Part shown: in pieces, positions 9,655-21,246 of the stretch
Layout: each line of letters begins with the position of its first letter
Numbering within the stretch: the first letter of the stretch is position 1
Assembly: GCF_000195855.1 (NCBI RefSeq)
Contig: NC_002677.1
Span: forward strand, 1,650,001 to 1,682,000
Origin: Mycobacterium leprae TN
GTDB taxonomy: Bacteria; Actinomycetota; Actinomycetes; Mycobacteriales; Mycobacteriaceae
DNA: 32,000 nucleotides
Direction of reading: 5' to 3'
The notes under the pieces: model-generated
What the model was told of the DNA's origin: nothing
Databases searched by the model: none
The model's input: only the letters and a program-made list of their open reading frames with translations
Program-made: the position numbers and the translations under genes

Positions 9655-10620
9655 TGATGACTAGCCGGCGTGCCCTTTGCCGGCAAAACTATTTCCGTCC
9701 GTTGGGCTCCGGCGGGATGGTTCGGGATGGTTGAGGATTATCTAGCCTACATCCCCGGTTACCGCGGCGCGATATGATCAAGGTCCTCGCTGAGGCAATC
9801 ACTGCGGATCACGGGTTCCGCGACAGGTTCAACCGGGAAGAAGATTTCGCTGTCATGCTATAGCACCCGCACATCGTCGAAGTCCACGATCGCAGCAAAT
9901 TCGACAGTCAGCCCTGGATCTCCAGGATTACGTCGACGGCACCAATGCCAACCGACTGGCGAAAGAACGTTGCCAGAACGGTATGCCAGTCGAGGAGGTT
10001 TGTGCCATCCTAACGCTGTCGCAGGCGTACTCGATTACACCGTGCGATCGCGGTTTGCTGCACCGCTACGTCGAACCCGTTAACATTTCGCTCACCCATC
10101 CTGAAAACTGGATAACGACTAATTTTGTTGATGGAATTCGTTGTAGCTCGCTATCTGGACGATATCAGCGAGATCACCGAGACCAATGTCATGGTCGGGA
10201 CGGTCGCGTATACCGCTCCCGAACAGTTGACGGACCCTAACATCGACGGACCATACGACCAATCTCCTTTAATTGCAACGGCTTTCCATTTGCTAACCGG
10301 TACAACGCCATTCCAACACCCCAACCCGATCGCGGTGATCAGTCAGAACTTACACGAGGATCCGCTACGATCCTATCGGCTGGATCTGGGGCAACTCGAC
10401 GAGGTGTTTTTCAAAGTCCTTGTCTAGTAAGCTGAAAAACGGTTCCAGCGGTGTCACGCGTTTGCTTCTGCTTTCGAAGCTGATAAAGCCATAGGCGAAC
10501 GCCTAGATGGCAGCGCCAACGATGGTTGCATCGCTACATCTGATACTGCTTCGGCCGAGTTGCCTCGGCGTGGACTCCGCGCCGCTATTGGGGCTATGAA
10601 CCATCGGTTTTCGTCCAGAC
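9655..10620 (+). pseudogene. Relic of a PknF-like serine/threonine protein kinase
   Basis: Plus-strand fragments in kinase order: LGSGGM (glycine loop), FRDRFNREEDFAV..HPHIVEVHDR, LLHRYVEPVNI (catalytic HRD degenerated), VMVGTVAYTAPEQLTDPNIDG...ATAFHLLTGTTPFQHPNPIAVISQNL, AEKRFQRCHAFASAFE. Several stops and frameshifts. Confidence 0.85.
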
Positions 10621-11317
10621 CTCTGTAGCCGGGAGCCTCGACGTGCGCAGTGCTGAATCGTTGTGGTAGCGCAGCGACCTGGCCGATATCCTGTACTTCT
10701 TCCAAATGTTTCAGACGGATATTTTCCTGACTAGCCCTGTGCTCGCGTCGCAACTCTCGGCTCCCGCACTCGGGGCCGGCGACGGCCACCTTCCCAGGGA
10801 GGCCGGTACTCAACGACGCCTACAAATTGGCCTACAACCGTAACAAACGTACGACCAACGGCCTTGCGGTCCGTTATGTCGGAGGGAGACACCAACTGGT
10901 GCGCGTTCCGTTCCGCATTCACCGCTACCGGGTGCGTAGCCATCGGGACTGAGCTGAACGATGTCGCCCATCACGTGATCAACAGAGCCGATGTAGAAAA
11001 CCGACTTTTTGCGCCTTGTGAGAGTAAACTGGCAGGGCAGTCCTCAGAAGGAGTGGGGATGGACTGTGTTTAGCTGAACACACAGTTCAGAGCCACTTAT
11101 GCTGGAGACAGTGGCGTGGCCGGTGGTCTACTAGGCCGACGGCACCCTGTGCGCGCGCAGGCCGGAGCCATTTTAGCAACTTAGTATGGTGCGTAGGGAA
11201 CAGTGGTGCGAGCACCTGCGGTGGCCGCTTGGGTCGGTGACGTTTCTTCGGGCGTGAGCTTAGCCGAACCCGCAGTTGTGGCCACCATCTCGACCGCGCC
11301 TGCTATCGCGTCGTCGC

Positions 11318-11377
11318 CTGTCCATTGTTGATCGGGTCGTAGGCAGATTCTCCTACGACCCGATCAACAATGGACAG
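11318..11377. repeat. Perfect inverted repeat: 26-bp arms, 8-nt loop
   Basis: Arm 1 at 11318-11343 is ctgtccattgttgatcgggtcgtagg; arm 2 at 11352-11377 is cctacgacccgatcaacaatggacag, its exact reverse complement; loop is cagattct. Confidence 0.95.
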
Positions 11378-11601
11378 ATCGTCTGTAAAAGCAACAGTGA
11401 GGCTAAAACCTCATTACGAACAAAGTTCACACCTTCGATAGCTTGTGCAACCGGCAGGGTATTTCGGTGATAGCCATATCCACCTCCAGAGATAGCTAAC
11501 TGCTCCAATGCAATCCGGTCACTCAGGTGTGGACCCATTCCGCCGGATAGACCCGGCTGGATTGCAGCCAACCTCTTGGTGCCTGGCCTTACGCTGAGGG
11601 C

Positions 11602-13761
11602 ATGGCTTTCGCCACCGAGCACCCGATAATAACGCATTCGGAATATCGCGCTGTCAAGGAGATTGTGCGCGTCGGTGGCCGCTTCGAGGTGATCAGCCCG
11701 CACGAACCGGCTGGTGACCAGCCAGCGGCTATTGATGAGTTGCAGCGACGGATCCTGGCGGGGGAGCGTGACGTAGTGTTACTTGGTGCCACCGGTACCG
11801 GAAAGTCAGCAACCACCGCCTGGCTTATCGAACGGTTGCAGCGACCTACTTTGGTGATGGCGCCGAATAAGACGCTGGCAGCTCAACTTGCGAACGAACT
11901 GCGTGGGATGTTGCCGCACAACGCGGTCGAGTACTTCGTATCATACTATGATTACTATCAGCCAGAAGCGTACATCGCACAGACCGACACCTATATCGAA
12001 AAAGACAGCTCCATCAACGACGACGTGGAGCGGCTGCGGCACTCCGCCACGTCGTCGCTGCTGTCGCGGCGCGATGTGGTAGTGGTGGCTTCGGTGTCAT
12101 GCATTTACGGCCTAGGTACTCCACAGTCCTACCTGGACCGCTCTGTCGAGCTAGCGGTTAGCAACGAGGTGCCTCGCGACGGCCTATTGCGGCTGCTGGT
12201 CGACGTGCAATACACCCGCAATGATCTGTCCTTCACCCGCGGCTCCTTCCGGGTGCGCGGCGACACTGTGGAGATCATTCCGTCCTACGAGGAGCTGGCG
12301 GTTCGTATCGAGTTCTTCGGCGACGAGATCGAGGCGTTGTACTACCTACACCCCCTCACCGGCGAGGTGATTCGTCAGGTCGACTCGCTACGGATCTTCC
12401 CCGCCACCCACTATGTAGCCGGTCCCGAGCGGATGGCGCAGGCAATCTCAGCCATCGAGGAAGAACTTGCCGAGCGGCTCGCCGAATTCGAACGCCAGGG
12501 CAAGCTGCTGGAGGCGCAGCGGCTGCGGATGCGGACCAACTACGACATCGAAATGATGCGGCAGGTCGGGTTCTGCTCAGGTATAGAGAATTACTCCCGC
12601 CATATCGACGGCAGGGGGCCGGGCACGCCGCCGGCAACGTTGCTCGATTACTTCCCGGAGGACTTTTTGCTCGTCATCGACGAGTCGCATGTCACCGTCC
12701 CGCAAATCGGCGGCATGTACGAAGGTGACATGTCGCGGAAGCGTAACCTCGTCGAATATGGGTTTCGGCTGCCGTCAGCGTGTGACAACCGCCCGCTGAC
12801 CTGGGAGGAATTCGCCGATCGGATCGGGCAAACGGTGTACCTATCGGCCACCCCGGGACCGTATGAGCTCAGCCAGTCCGGTGGTGAGTTCGTCGAGCAG
12901 GTGATCCGACCGACCGGTTTGGTCGACCCGAAAGTGGTAGTCAAGCCAACCAAGGGGCAAATCGACGACCTGATTGGCGAAATCCGCAAACGCGCCAACG
13001 CCGACCAACGGGTCTTGGTAACGACGCTGACCAAGAAAATGGCCGAAGACCTCACCGACTACTTGCTAGAGATGGGTATCCGGGTGCGCTACCTGCACTC
13101 CGAGGTCGACACCTTGCGGCGGGTAGAACTGCTGCGTCAACTGCGGCTTGGCGACTATGACGTGTTGGTCGGCATTAACCTGTTGCGCGAAGGCCTCGAC
13201 CTGCCCGAGGTGTCGCTGGTGGCGATCCTGGACGCCGACAAGGAAGGCTTCCTGCGGTCGGCGCGCAGCCTAATCCAGACCATAGGCCGGGCAGCCCGCA
13301 ACGTCTCCGGTGAAGTACATATGTATGCCGACACGATCACTGATTCGATGACCGAAGCCATCGATGAAACCGAACGGCGACGGGCAAAGCAGATCGCCTA
13401 CAACAATGCCAATGGTATCGACCCACAGCCGCTGCGCAAGAAGATCGCCGACATCCTCGACCAGGTCTATCGCGAGGCCGACGACACCGACACCGTTCAA
13501 GTGGGTGGATCGGGACGTAACGTGTCCCGCGGTCGGCGCGCCCAGAGTGAACCTGTTCGCTCGGTCAGCGTCGGAGTGTTCGAGGGTCGCGACACCGCTG
13601 GTATGCCGCGTGCAGAACTGGCTGACCTGATCAAAGATCTTACCGCCCAAATGATGGCCGCCGCAAGTGACTTGCAATTCGAGCTGGCCGCGCGCTTCCG
13701 TGACGAGATCGCAGACCTCAAAAAGGAACTGCGTGGGATGGACGCGGCGGGCCTCAAATGA
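11602..13761 (+). CDS. uvrB: Excinuclease ABC subunit B
   Basis: 719-aa ORF: [52 protein letters not shown]-type motif, [27 protein letters not shown]-terminal UVR domain. Confidence 0.98.
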   Translation: MAFATEHPIITHSEYRAVKEIVRVGGRFEVISPHEPAGDQPAAIDELQRRILAGERDVVLLGATGTGKSATTAWLIERLQRPTLVMAPNKTLAAQLANELRGMLPHNAVEYFVSYYDYYQPEAYIAQTDTYIEKDSSINDDVERLRHSATSSLLSRRDVVVVASVSCIYGLGTPQSYLDRSVELAVSNEVPRDGLLRLLVDVQYTRNDLSFTRGSFRVRGDTVEIIPSYEELAVRIEFFGDEIEALYYLHPLTGEVIRQVDSLRIFPATHYVAGPERMAQAISAIEEELAERLAEFERQGKLLEAQRLRMRTNYDIEMMRQVGFCSGIENYSRHIDGRGPGTPPATLLDYFPEDFLLVIDESHVTVPQIGGMYEGDMSRKRNLVEYGFRLPSACDNRPLTWEEFADRIGQTVYLSATPGPYELSQSGGEFVEQVIRPTGLVDPKVVVKPTKGQIDDLIGEIRKRANADQRVLVTTLTKKMAEDLTDYLLEMGIRVRYLHSEVDTLRRVELLRQLRLGDYDVLVGINLLREGLDLPEVSLVAILDADKEGFLRSARSLIQTIGRAARNVSGEVHMYADTITDSMTEAIDETERRRAKQIAYNNANGIDPQPLRKKIADILDQVYREADDTDTVQVGGSGRNVSRGRRAQSEPVRSVSVGVFEGRDTAGMPRAELADLIKDLTAQMMAAASDLQFELAARFRDEIADLKKELRGMDAAGLK

Positions 13762-13794
13762 ATGTCAACCGCGTGTGCACTCCTACGGTGTATG

Positions 13795-15185
13795 GCGTGA
13801 CGGATACGGAAAGCAATACTGGCAGTTAGCATGAGCTGCTGGGCCACAGCATCTCGGAACGTCCATCTTGTTGGCCGGTGCTATGGGGTTGCTCGCTACT
13901 AACGAGTTCTTGACCGTCATGCTGCTCCCTAACGCGATCGCCGAAATCGGTGGCAGCCGGCTGTTTCTTGGGTAACAATCCTGTAGCTGTTCGGGTTGGT
14001 CGTGGCAGAGGCTGCAGTCAGTTTGGCGCTGCTGCGGATCGGTGCATGCACATCGCTTCCGATGGGACTGGCGGTATTCGACGTTAAACAACCTGGTGTG
14101 CGAGTTTGCGCCGATCATGGAGGTTCTGGGTAGCAGGACGCACCCTGCAATGGGTAGTCAGCGGACTGCTAGCCGGCTTGGGGTATGCGCTTCATCAGCT
14201 CTGCCCTGCCCCGGTGGCTGTGTACTTGGTACTTGTGATTCAGCGCTGATATCGGCGATGTGGGGGTGTCACGACTTTGATTGGGCCCGTGGTGGGGCGT
14301 TTTCGCATTGCTCGAGTTGTGGCGATGGGCGTTTGGTGCCGTGGCGATGATGATCGTCTTGATGGCCTCCATTGGTACAGATCGTATTCCCCGCAAAATC
14401 AGGCTTGACCGAGCGGGGTGACCCCGTCTGACCCTGCACACAAGTGCTGGAGTGGTCAAGTACCGCTGACGGGGGCACCCAACGCCCCTGGTCAGCGTTG
14501 CCGAGCTCCCGCATTATTTGATGGCGACCGCCGGTCTGCTTGCCGCCGGCACGTTGCTAGTCGGGATATTCGTAGTCGTCGATTGGCGAGTGCACGCAGC
14601 GGTATTGCCTTCCAGCGTATTTCGCTTCTGGACTGTTGAAATGGATTTGACTTGACCAATAGCGTGTCGATTGGTTGATGGGAATAGTCACCCCCACGTA
14701 TATGCAACTGGTTGGTCAGCGAATGGGACATCTGCGTCCGGTTCCGCCGGTTTCTGGGCGCGGTGCTAGCTGTTCGGCTGGACGACGGGGAAGACCGTTA
14801 GGGTGTCGCTGAGTAATCCTCGCGTGATCGGGCACGTGGTAACGGCCGCGCCGCTGGTGATGGCGTCGGTTCTAGTGTTGGACGCAACCACCCAACGCGC
14901 TAACGCGTCGATCGGGATTGTTGCGCTCTGGGCGTTGGAGTTATTGGTCACCGGGGCCGGTATAGGGACCTCCTGGCCGCACGTGCGATGACCTGGATCG
15001 ACGACCCGGCTAGATAGCAGCGGGCCGGGTCGTCGACGCAGGGTTAGCCGGTGTGGTGGTCAACACAGCCAAAGACGGCGGAGTGGCGGCGGCGCTGCCT
15101 CTACACGACCTTAACTGTGCTGGCCACGGTCGGTGTCGTGGCCTCTTACCGGGTGATCCATCGTGACCGTCGTTCACCGTGTTGA
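13795..15185 (+). pseudogene. Relic of an MFS drug-efflux protein (Rv1634-like)
   Basis: Fragments in different frames: GTSILLAGAMGLLATNEFLTVMLLPNAIAEIGGSRLF, SALISAMWG, SLSNPRVIGHVVTAAPLVMASVLVLDATTQRANASIGIVALWALELLVTGAGIG, and TVGVVASYRVIHRDRR. Located between uvrB and the Rv1635c-like gene as in M. tuberculosis. Confidence 0.82.
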
Positions 15186-16757
15186 CTTGATGACCTGCGA
15201 ATAGTGGAATTGCCACCGCTCGACAATGCGGAACCCCAGATAACTGGGAAATTGATACGCCGGCGCACGTCCCAATATGAGCCCTGGTGACAGTAATTGT
15301 CCCGCTTGATGGTCGGGCAGTGATGTGTCTCGGTCGGAGACTGTCCAGACCGTGGAGCACTTGTTGATCTTGGCCGTCACCAACCACACGGGAACATGAC
15401 CGTCCCACAGGGTGCCGACTGTCGGTCCGTAGAAACCACGTTCGATGTCGATCAGCGATCGAAAAGCCGCCGGCCGAGCGGCCAGCAGTGCGCGGATCGG
15501 CCCGGGCCGCCAGGGCACAGTGTTGTCAACGATCAGACAGTCCCCTGGCGCAGCCTGGGAACTGATCACATCGGCTACTTGACTGTAATCCCAGCCTTCT
15601 TTGGCGTATCGCCCGCGTTGCGTAAAGAGATAATTTGGAAAGGCAGCAACAGCGAACAACACTAGGACGCCGGCAATAGGCCACGGTTTACGGGCGACCG
15701 TGACAATGCAGACCGCTATGACGATAGCTGCCGCCGGAGCGGTGAGGATCAGGTAACGCGGGTAGTAAACTGGTTCAATGACCGCCGAGTAGCCGACCAT
15801 GAGAGTGGTGGGAATGACGATCCACGCAGTGCAGATAATCACCAAGCTGCGAAGGTCGCCCGCCGGGGCTCGCAAGCCAGCCAGGCGAGTCGCGATCGCG
15901 GGGACGATGATCACGGCCGTGGCAATCGCGAACGAAACGCTGTGGTCGAAATACTGGCGTTGTGTGATGTCGAAGACGTAGTGCCAGCTGACCCGGAAGA
16001 TCCAGTCGACCTGCCATACTTGGCCATGAGCGAACAAGATGAACGGCGTTATAGTCCCGAGTGCGACGACCGAGGTAACCGCCCACCAGATGAACGGAGA
16101 ATTGCGAAATTTGTTGGGTGCGAGCCATGGCAGGATCACGGCGTAAACCAGCACCAGCGTGGCCAGGGTGAGATTCAGCAAAATTGACAGCATCAATGTC
16201 AGCGCATAGCACAGCCATAGCCGCGGCCTGTTGCGCTGTACCGAGGCCACGAGCAACACGGTCAGCCACATGGCCGCGGCCACTGACAAGGCAGATGAGC
16301 GTGCTTCGATACCGGCCCAGGTGATGCGCGGCAGAATGGCGAAGACAATGCCTGCGTATACCGCAGTGGTCCGTGTGGCAAACTGTCTGGTGAAAACCGT
16401 GACGCCGGCAGCAGCGGCCCCAATTGCCAGACAACTTGGAACCCTTGACCAGAATTCAGTCGAGGGAAATATCGCGAACCAGCCGTGCATCAGCAGGTAG
16501 TACAAGCCGTGCACAGCATCGATGTGGCTCAGCAATCTCCATAGTTCTGGCACAGTGCGACTCGCTGAAGCCGATATTGTTGCGGCCTCATCGAACCAGA
16601 GCGAAGGCCTACTGGCCCAGGCCCCACTGATGACTGTGGCCAGCATCGCAATTGCCAATGAGTCGGGTAGCGCGCCGTGCGCATGTTGGCGCGCCGAATT
16701 GTCACCGACGTCCGCTGCGCTCTGCTCAAGTGCCGATACAGACATGATGCTTGTCAC
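15174..16757 (-). CDS. Membrane mannosyltransferase (Rv1635c-like, ManLAM mannose-cap type)
   Basis: 527-aa polytopic ORF (LWFDEAATISASAS near the N-terminus, multiple TM segments), with the conserved WFDEA motif of GT-C/PMT-type transferases. Synteny matches Rv1635c. Confidence 0.82.
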   Translation of the reverse strand: MTSIMSVSALEQSAADVGDNSARQHAHGALPDSLAIAMLATVISGAWASRPSLWFDEAATISASASRTVPELWRLLSHIDAVHGLYYLLMHGWFAIFPSTEFWSRVPSCLAIGAAAAGVTVFTRQFATRTTAVYAGIVFAILPRITWAGIEARSSALSVAAAMWLTVLLVASVQRNRPRLWLCYALTLMLSILLNLTLATLVLVYAVILPWLAPNKFRNSPFIWWAVTSVVALGTITPFILFAHGQVWQVDWIFRVSWHYVFDITQRQYFDHSVSFAIATAVIIVPAIATRLAGLRAPAGDLRSLVIICTAWIVIPTTLMVGYSAVIEPVYYPRYLILTAPAAAIVIAVCIVTVARKPWPIAGVLVLFAVAAFPNYLFTQRGRYAKEGWDYSQVADVISSQAAPGDCLIVDNTVPWRPGPIRALLAARPAAFRSLIDIERGFYGPTVGTLWDGHVPVWLVTAKINKCSTVWTVSDRDTSLPDHQAGQLLSPGLILGRAPAYQFPSYLGFRIVERWQFHYSQVIKSTR

Positions 16758-17048
16758 TGTAAAGTGCGCGCGATGACCCTGGTCACCGGCAAGGAATAGC
16801 CAGCATGCTGTCGGCCCGGATTGTCCGCGCTCGGTGCCTGTAAGTCATGAATAGTTCTGCACAGTAGGGCTTTTAGGTGGGATATGCACAGTCGAGCGCC
16901 GTGCCGTCGCGGGTGTTGTCTGTCGAGTTGCCCTGGCTAAGCAAATGACTGGTCGCGCCACGTTGCTGCTGAGTCGGTAATCTGACCCATTTGCATCAAG
17001 CAACGCGAATACTGTCTTGGGCTGAGCAAACTGACATTGGGAGGGTAA

Positions 17049-17492
17049 ATGGGCGCCTATCAGACCGTGGTGGTGGGAACCGATGGTTCAGATTCGTCGT
17101 TGCGTGCGGTGGACCGGGCAGGCAAAATTGCCGGGTCGGATGCCAAGCTGATCATCGCGTCGGCCTACCTGCCCCAGCATGACAATGCTCGGGCGTTCGA
17201 CATATTGAAGGACGAAAGCTACAAAGTGACGGGTACTGCCCCGATCTACGAGATCCTGCATGACGCGAAGGAGCGAGCGCACGCCGCCGGTGCTAAGAAC
17301 GTCGAAGAGCGACCGGTTGTCGGCGCTCCGGTCGATGCGCTGGTGAACCTTGCCGAGAAAACAAATGCCGATCTGCTAGTGGTTGGCAATGTCGGTCTGA
17401 GCACGATCGCAGGTCGACTGTTGGGATCGGTGCCGGCCAACGTCTCGCGTCGGGCCAAGATCGACGTCTTGATCGTGCACACCACGCACTGA
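17049..17492 (+). CDS. Universal stress protein family (Rv1636/TB15.3-like)
   Basis: 147-aa ORF YQTVVVGTDGSDSSLRAVDRAGKIAG...LLVVGNVGLSTIAGRLLGSVPANVSRRAKIDVLIVHT, with the GxxGxxGxxxGS(V) nucleotide-binding pattern. Confidence 0.92.
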   Translation: MGAYQTVVVGTDGSDSSLRAVDRAGKIAGSDAKLIIASAYLPQHDNARAFDILKDESYKVTGTAPIYEILHDAKERAHAAGAKNVEERPVVGAPVDALVNLAEKTNADLLVVGNVGLSTIAGRLLGSVPANVSRRAKIDVLIVHTTH

Positions 17493-17500
17493 AACCGCCT

Positions 17501-18199
17501 TTACCAGCCACGCTCACGCCATTCTGCCAGGCTGGGACGCTCGGCGCCGAGTACTGTGTCGTCGCCGTGGCCGGGGTAGATGGCTGTAGTGTCCGCGTAC
17601 ACATCGAACACTCGGGTGGTGACGTCGTCGAGCAGTTGGGTGAAGTCACTGCGCTGCCACGTCTTGCCAACGCCCCCGGGGAACAGGCAGTCGCCAGTGA
17701 ACAACTGCGTGACTCTCCCAGTTTTTGGGCCAGAGGTGGCTCCGTCGAGCGCCAGCGCGATTGATCCGGGCGTGTGCCCGCGCAGGTGAATAACGTCGAA
17801 CGTCAGCTCCCCAATCTGCACGCAGTCACCATTGGTCAACAAACGGTCCGGCCTGACCGGCAGCGGTTCGGCGTCGAGCTCATGCACGGCGGTTGGCGCA
17901 CCGGTGGCCGCGACCACCGCTTCCAGTGCCTGCCAGTGATCAAAGTGCTGATGGCTGGTCACAATCAACGACAGCTTCGGGGCGTAGCGTTGGACCAGAT
18001 CGATAAGCACCTCGGCATCATTGGCAGCGTCAATCAGAAGTGTTTCTCCGGTAGCCGAACACGTCACCAGGTAGGCGTTGTTGTCCATCGGGCCTACCGA
18101 CACCTTCAGGATTGTGGCGCCGGGTAGGGCCCGGCGGGCCGCGGTACCCGGGTCAACGTGCCCGGTGTAGTCGTTGACGGGATCGATCGAGGCTGTCAT
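17501..18199 (-). CDS. Metallo-beta-lactamase fold hydrolase, glyoxalase II-like (Rv1637c-like)
   Basis: VTSHQHFDHWQALEAV (HxHxDH-like), LRGHTPGSIAL, LFTGDCLFPGGVGKT, IYPGHGDDTVLG. Start chosen at MTASIDPVNDYTGH; the track ORF extends to 18253. Confidence 0.87.
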   Translation of the reverse strand: MTASIDPVNDYTGHVDPGTAARRALPGATILKVSVGPMDNNAYLVTCSATGETLLIDAANDAEVLIDLVQRYAPKLSLIVTSHQHFDHWQALEAVVAATGAPTAVHELDAEPLPVRPDRLLTNGDCVQIGELTFDVIHLRGHTPGSIALALDGATSGPKTGRVTQLFTGDCLFPGGVGKTWQRSDFTQLLDDVTTRVFDVYADTTAIYPGHGDDTVLGAERPSLAEWRERGW

Positions 18200-18336
18200 A
18201 GCGGCCAGGTTACTGCTCCTGGAACTAGGTCCGCTGCTTGTCGGTCTGAGCACATAGCATGGAATGCGTCGTGCGCAGTGGCCACTGTAGGACAGCTTTA
18301 GGCAAGAGCAAGAAGAGTTTCAGTGAGAGGGGCAGC

Positions 18337-21246
18337 GTGGCTGACCGCTTGATCGTCAAGGGTGCCCGTGAGCACAACCTGCGAAGCGTCGATCTCGACC
18401 TGCCGCGGGATTCATTGATCGTCTTCACCGGGCTGTCCGGATCAGGCAAGTCTTCACTGGCATTCGACACCATCTTCGCCGAGGGCCAGCGCCGCTACGT
18501 GGAGTCACTGTCGGCCTACGCGCGCCAATTCCTTGGACAGATGGACAAGCCGGACGTCGACTTCATCGAGGGTCTTTCCCCGGCGGTGTCCATCGACCAG
18601 AAGTCGACGAACCGCAACCCGAGGTCGACCGTAGGAACAATCACCGAGGTGTACGATTACCTGCGATTGTTATATGCGCGTGCTGGCACACCGCACTGCC
18701 CGATCTGTGGCGAGCAGATCTCCCGTCAGACCCCGCAGCAAATTGTCGATCAGGTGCTGGTGCTGCCGGAGGGCACCCGGTTTTTGGTGCTCGCTCCGGT
18801 GGTGCGTACCCGCAAGGGCGAGTTCGCGGACCTGTTCGACAAGCTCAACGCACAGGGCTACAGCCGGGTTCGGGTCGACGATGTAGTGTACCCGTTGAGC
18901 GATCCACCGAAGCTTAAAAAACAAGAAAAGCACGACATCGAGGTGGTAGTGGACCGACTCACCGTCAAGATCGCCGCCAAGCAGCGGCTCACCGACTCGG
19001 TGGAAACCGCCCTGAACCTAGCTGACGGCATCGTAGTGTTGGAATTTCCCGACGATCACGACGAACGTGGCCACCCGCGCGAACAGTGCTTCTCCGAGAA
19101 GTTAGCTTGCCCCAATGGGCACCCCCTGGCCGTTGACGACCTGGAACCACGCTCGTTCTCGTTCAACTCGCCCTACGGCGCCTGTCCCGAATGTGTGGGC
19201 TTGGGAATCCGCAAAGAGATCGACTCAGATCTAGTGGTGCCCGACCCGGATCGCACTCTGGCCGAGGGTGCGGTGGCGCCGTGGTCGGCGGGGCGCACCG
19301 CGGAGTACTTCACCCGGATGATGGCCGGGCTCGGCGAGAAACTGGGATTCGACGTTGACACGCCATGGCGCAAACTCCCGGCCAAGGCCCGCAAGGCGAT
19401 TCTTGAAGGTTCCGATCATCAGGTGCATGTGCAGTACCACAACCGGTACGGTCGACCCCGCTCATATTACGTTGATTTTGAGGGCGTGCTGACGTTCTTA
19501 CAGCGCAAGATGGAGCAGACCGAGTCCGAGCAGATGAAGGAACGCTACGAGGGTTTCATGCGTAATATCCCCTGCCCGGTGTGTCAGGGGACCCGACTCA
19601 AGCCAGAGATTCTGGCGGTGACGTTAGCGGCAGGGGAGCGGGGCGCGAAGTCCATTGCCGAGGTCTGCGAGCTGTCCATCGCGGACTGCTCGGCTTTTCT
19701 GAACGCGCTTATCCTTGGTGTGCGCGAGCAGGCGATAGCGGGGCAGGTGCTCAAAGAAATCCAGTCGCGACTCGGCTTTTTGCTCGACGTCGGGCTGGAG
19801 TACCTCTCGCTGTCTCGGGCGGCAGCCACGCTGTCTGGTGGTGAGGCCCAACGCATTCGGCTAGCTACCCAAATCGGTTCCGGTCTGGTGGGCGTGCTCT
19901 ACGTCCTTGACGAACCATCCATCGGGCTACACCAGCGCGACAACCGTCGACTCATCGAAACTCTCACGCGGTTAAGGGCGTTGGGGAACACACTGATCGT
20001 CGTCGAACATGACGAAGACACCATCGCACACGCTGACTGGGTCGTCGACATCGGCCCGGGCGCCGGTGAGCATGGCGGCCAAATCGTGCACAACGGGACC
20101 TACCGTGAACTGCTGGCAAATAAGGATTCGATTACCGGTGCTTACCTGTCGGGTCGGGAAAGCATTGCCACCCCCACACGTCGGCGTTCCGTCGACCGTA
20201 AGCGTGAGCTCACCGTCGTCGGGGCCCGCGAGCACAATCTGCGCGGCATCGACGTGTCGTTTCCGCTTGGCGTGTTGACCTCGGTAACCGGTGTGTCGGG
20301 CTCCGGCAAGTCAACTTTGGTCAATGATATCCTGGCAGCGGTGCTGGCCAACAGGCTCAACGGCGCTCGGCAAGTTCCGGGTCGCCATACCCGAGTCACC
20401 GGCCTAGAACATCTGGACAAGCTGGTGAGGGTGGACCAGTCGCCGATCGGCCGCACGCCGCGATCCAACCCGGCCACCTACACCGGGGTATTTGACAAGA
20501 TCCGAATCTTGTTCGCGGCTACCACCGAGGCGAAAGTCCGTGGTTACCAACCCGGTAGATTCTCGTTCAACGTTAAGGGCGGTCGCTGCGAGGCGTGCAC
20601 CGGTGACGGCACCATCAAGATCGAGATGAACTTCTTGCCGGACGTGTATGTACCTTGTGAAGTGTGCCAGGGCGCCCGGTACAACCGAGAAACCCTTGAA
20701 GTACACTACAAAGGCAAGGCCATATCCGAAGTGTTGGACATGTCGATCGAGGAAGCGGCGGAGTTCTTTGAGCCGATCATCGGCATTAACCGTTATCTGC
20801 GCACGCTGGTCGATGTCGGTCTGGGCTATGTCCGACTGGGTCAGCCCGCGCCGACGTTGTCGGGTGGTGAGGCGCAGCGGGTCAAACTGGCGTCCGAGTT
20901 GCAGAAGCGTTCGACCGGGCGCACCATCTACATTCTCGACGAACCCACCACAGGACTGCATTTCGACGATATCCGCAAACTTCTTAACGTCATCAATGGT
21001 CTTGTTGACAAAGACAATACGGTGATCGTGATCGAACACAACCTGGACGTGATCAAAACGTCGGACTGGATCGTCGATATGGGTCCCGAGGGTGGCGCTC
21101 AAGGTGGAACCGTTGTCGCCGAAGGCACTCCGGAGGATGTCGCAGCGGTTCCGGAAAGCTACACTGGCAAATTTCTCGCCGAAGTCGTTGGCGCAGGGTG
21201 CGCGCCTGCACGCACACCACGGCGACGCCGCACAGTCACCGCCTAA
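18337..21246 (+). CDS. uvrA: Excinuclease ABC subunit A
   Basis: [45 protein letters not shown], two zinc-finger regions (CPICGEQ...; [27 protein letters not shown]), two LSGGEAQR signatures. In-frame GTG at 18337 chosen over the longer track start at 18259. Confidence 0.97.
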   Translation: MADRLIVKGAREHNLRSVDLDLPRDSLIVFTGLSGSGKSSLAFDTIFAEGQRRYVESLSAYARQFLGQMDKPDVDFIEGLSPAVSIDQKSTNRNPRSTVGTITEVYDYLRLLYARAGTPHCPICGEQISRQTPQQIVDQVLVLPEGTRFLVLAPVVRTRKGEFADLFDKLNAQGYSRVRVDDVVYPLSDPPKLKKQEKHDIEVVVDRLTVKIAAKQRLTDSVETALNLADGIVVLEFPDDHDERGHPREQCFSEKLACPNGHPLAVDDLEPRSFSFNSPYGACPECVGLGIRKEIDSDLVVPDPDRTLAEGAVAPWSAGRTAEYFTRMMAGLGEKLGFDVDTPWRKLPAKARKAILEGSDHQVHVQYHNRYGRPRSYYVDFEGVLTFLQRKMEQTESEQMKERYEGFMRNIPCPVCQGTRLKPEILAVTLAAGERGAKSIAEVCELSIADCSAFLNALILGVREQAIAGQVLKEIQSRLGFLLDVGLEYLSLSRAAATLSGGEAQRIRLATQIGSGLVGVLYVLDEPSIGLHQRDNRRLIETLTRLRALGNTLIVVEHDEDTIAHADWVVDIGPGAGEHGGQIVHNGTYRELLANKDSITGAYLSGRESIATPTRRRSVDRKRELTVVGAREHNLRGIDVSFPLGVLTSVTGVSGSGKSTLVNDILAAVLANRLNGARQVPGRHTRVTGLEHLDKLVRVDQSPIGRTPRSNPATYTGVFDKIRILFAATTEAKVRGYQPGRFSFNVKGGRCEACTGDGTIKIEMNFLPDVYVPCEVCQGARYNRETLEVHYKGKAISEVLDMSIEEAAEFFEPIIGINRYLRTLVDVGLGYVRLGQPAPTLSGGEAQRVKLASELQKRSTGRTIYILDEPTTGLHFDDIRKLLNVINGLVDKDNTVIVIEHNLDVIKTSDWIVDMGPEGGAQGGTVVAEGTPEDVAAVPESYTGKFLAEVVGAGCAPARTPRRRRTVTA

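Noticed and set aside
15775-16434. 219-aa same-strand, alternate-frame ORF inside the mannosyltransferase
   Set aside because: Overlaps an intact gene in another frame; composition (many His/Arg/Gly) is typical of a frame-shifted shadow.
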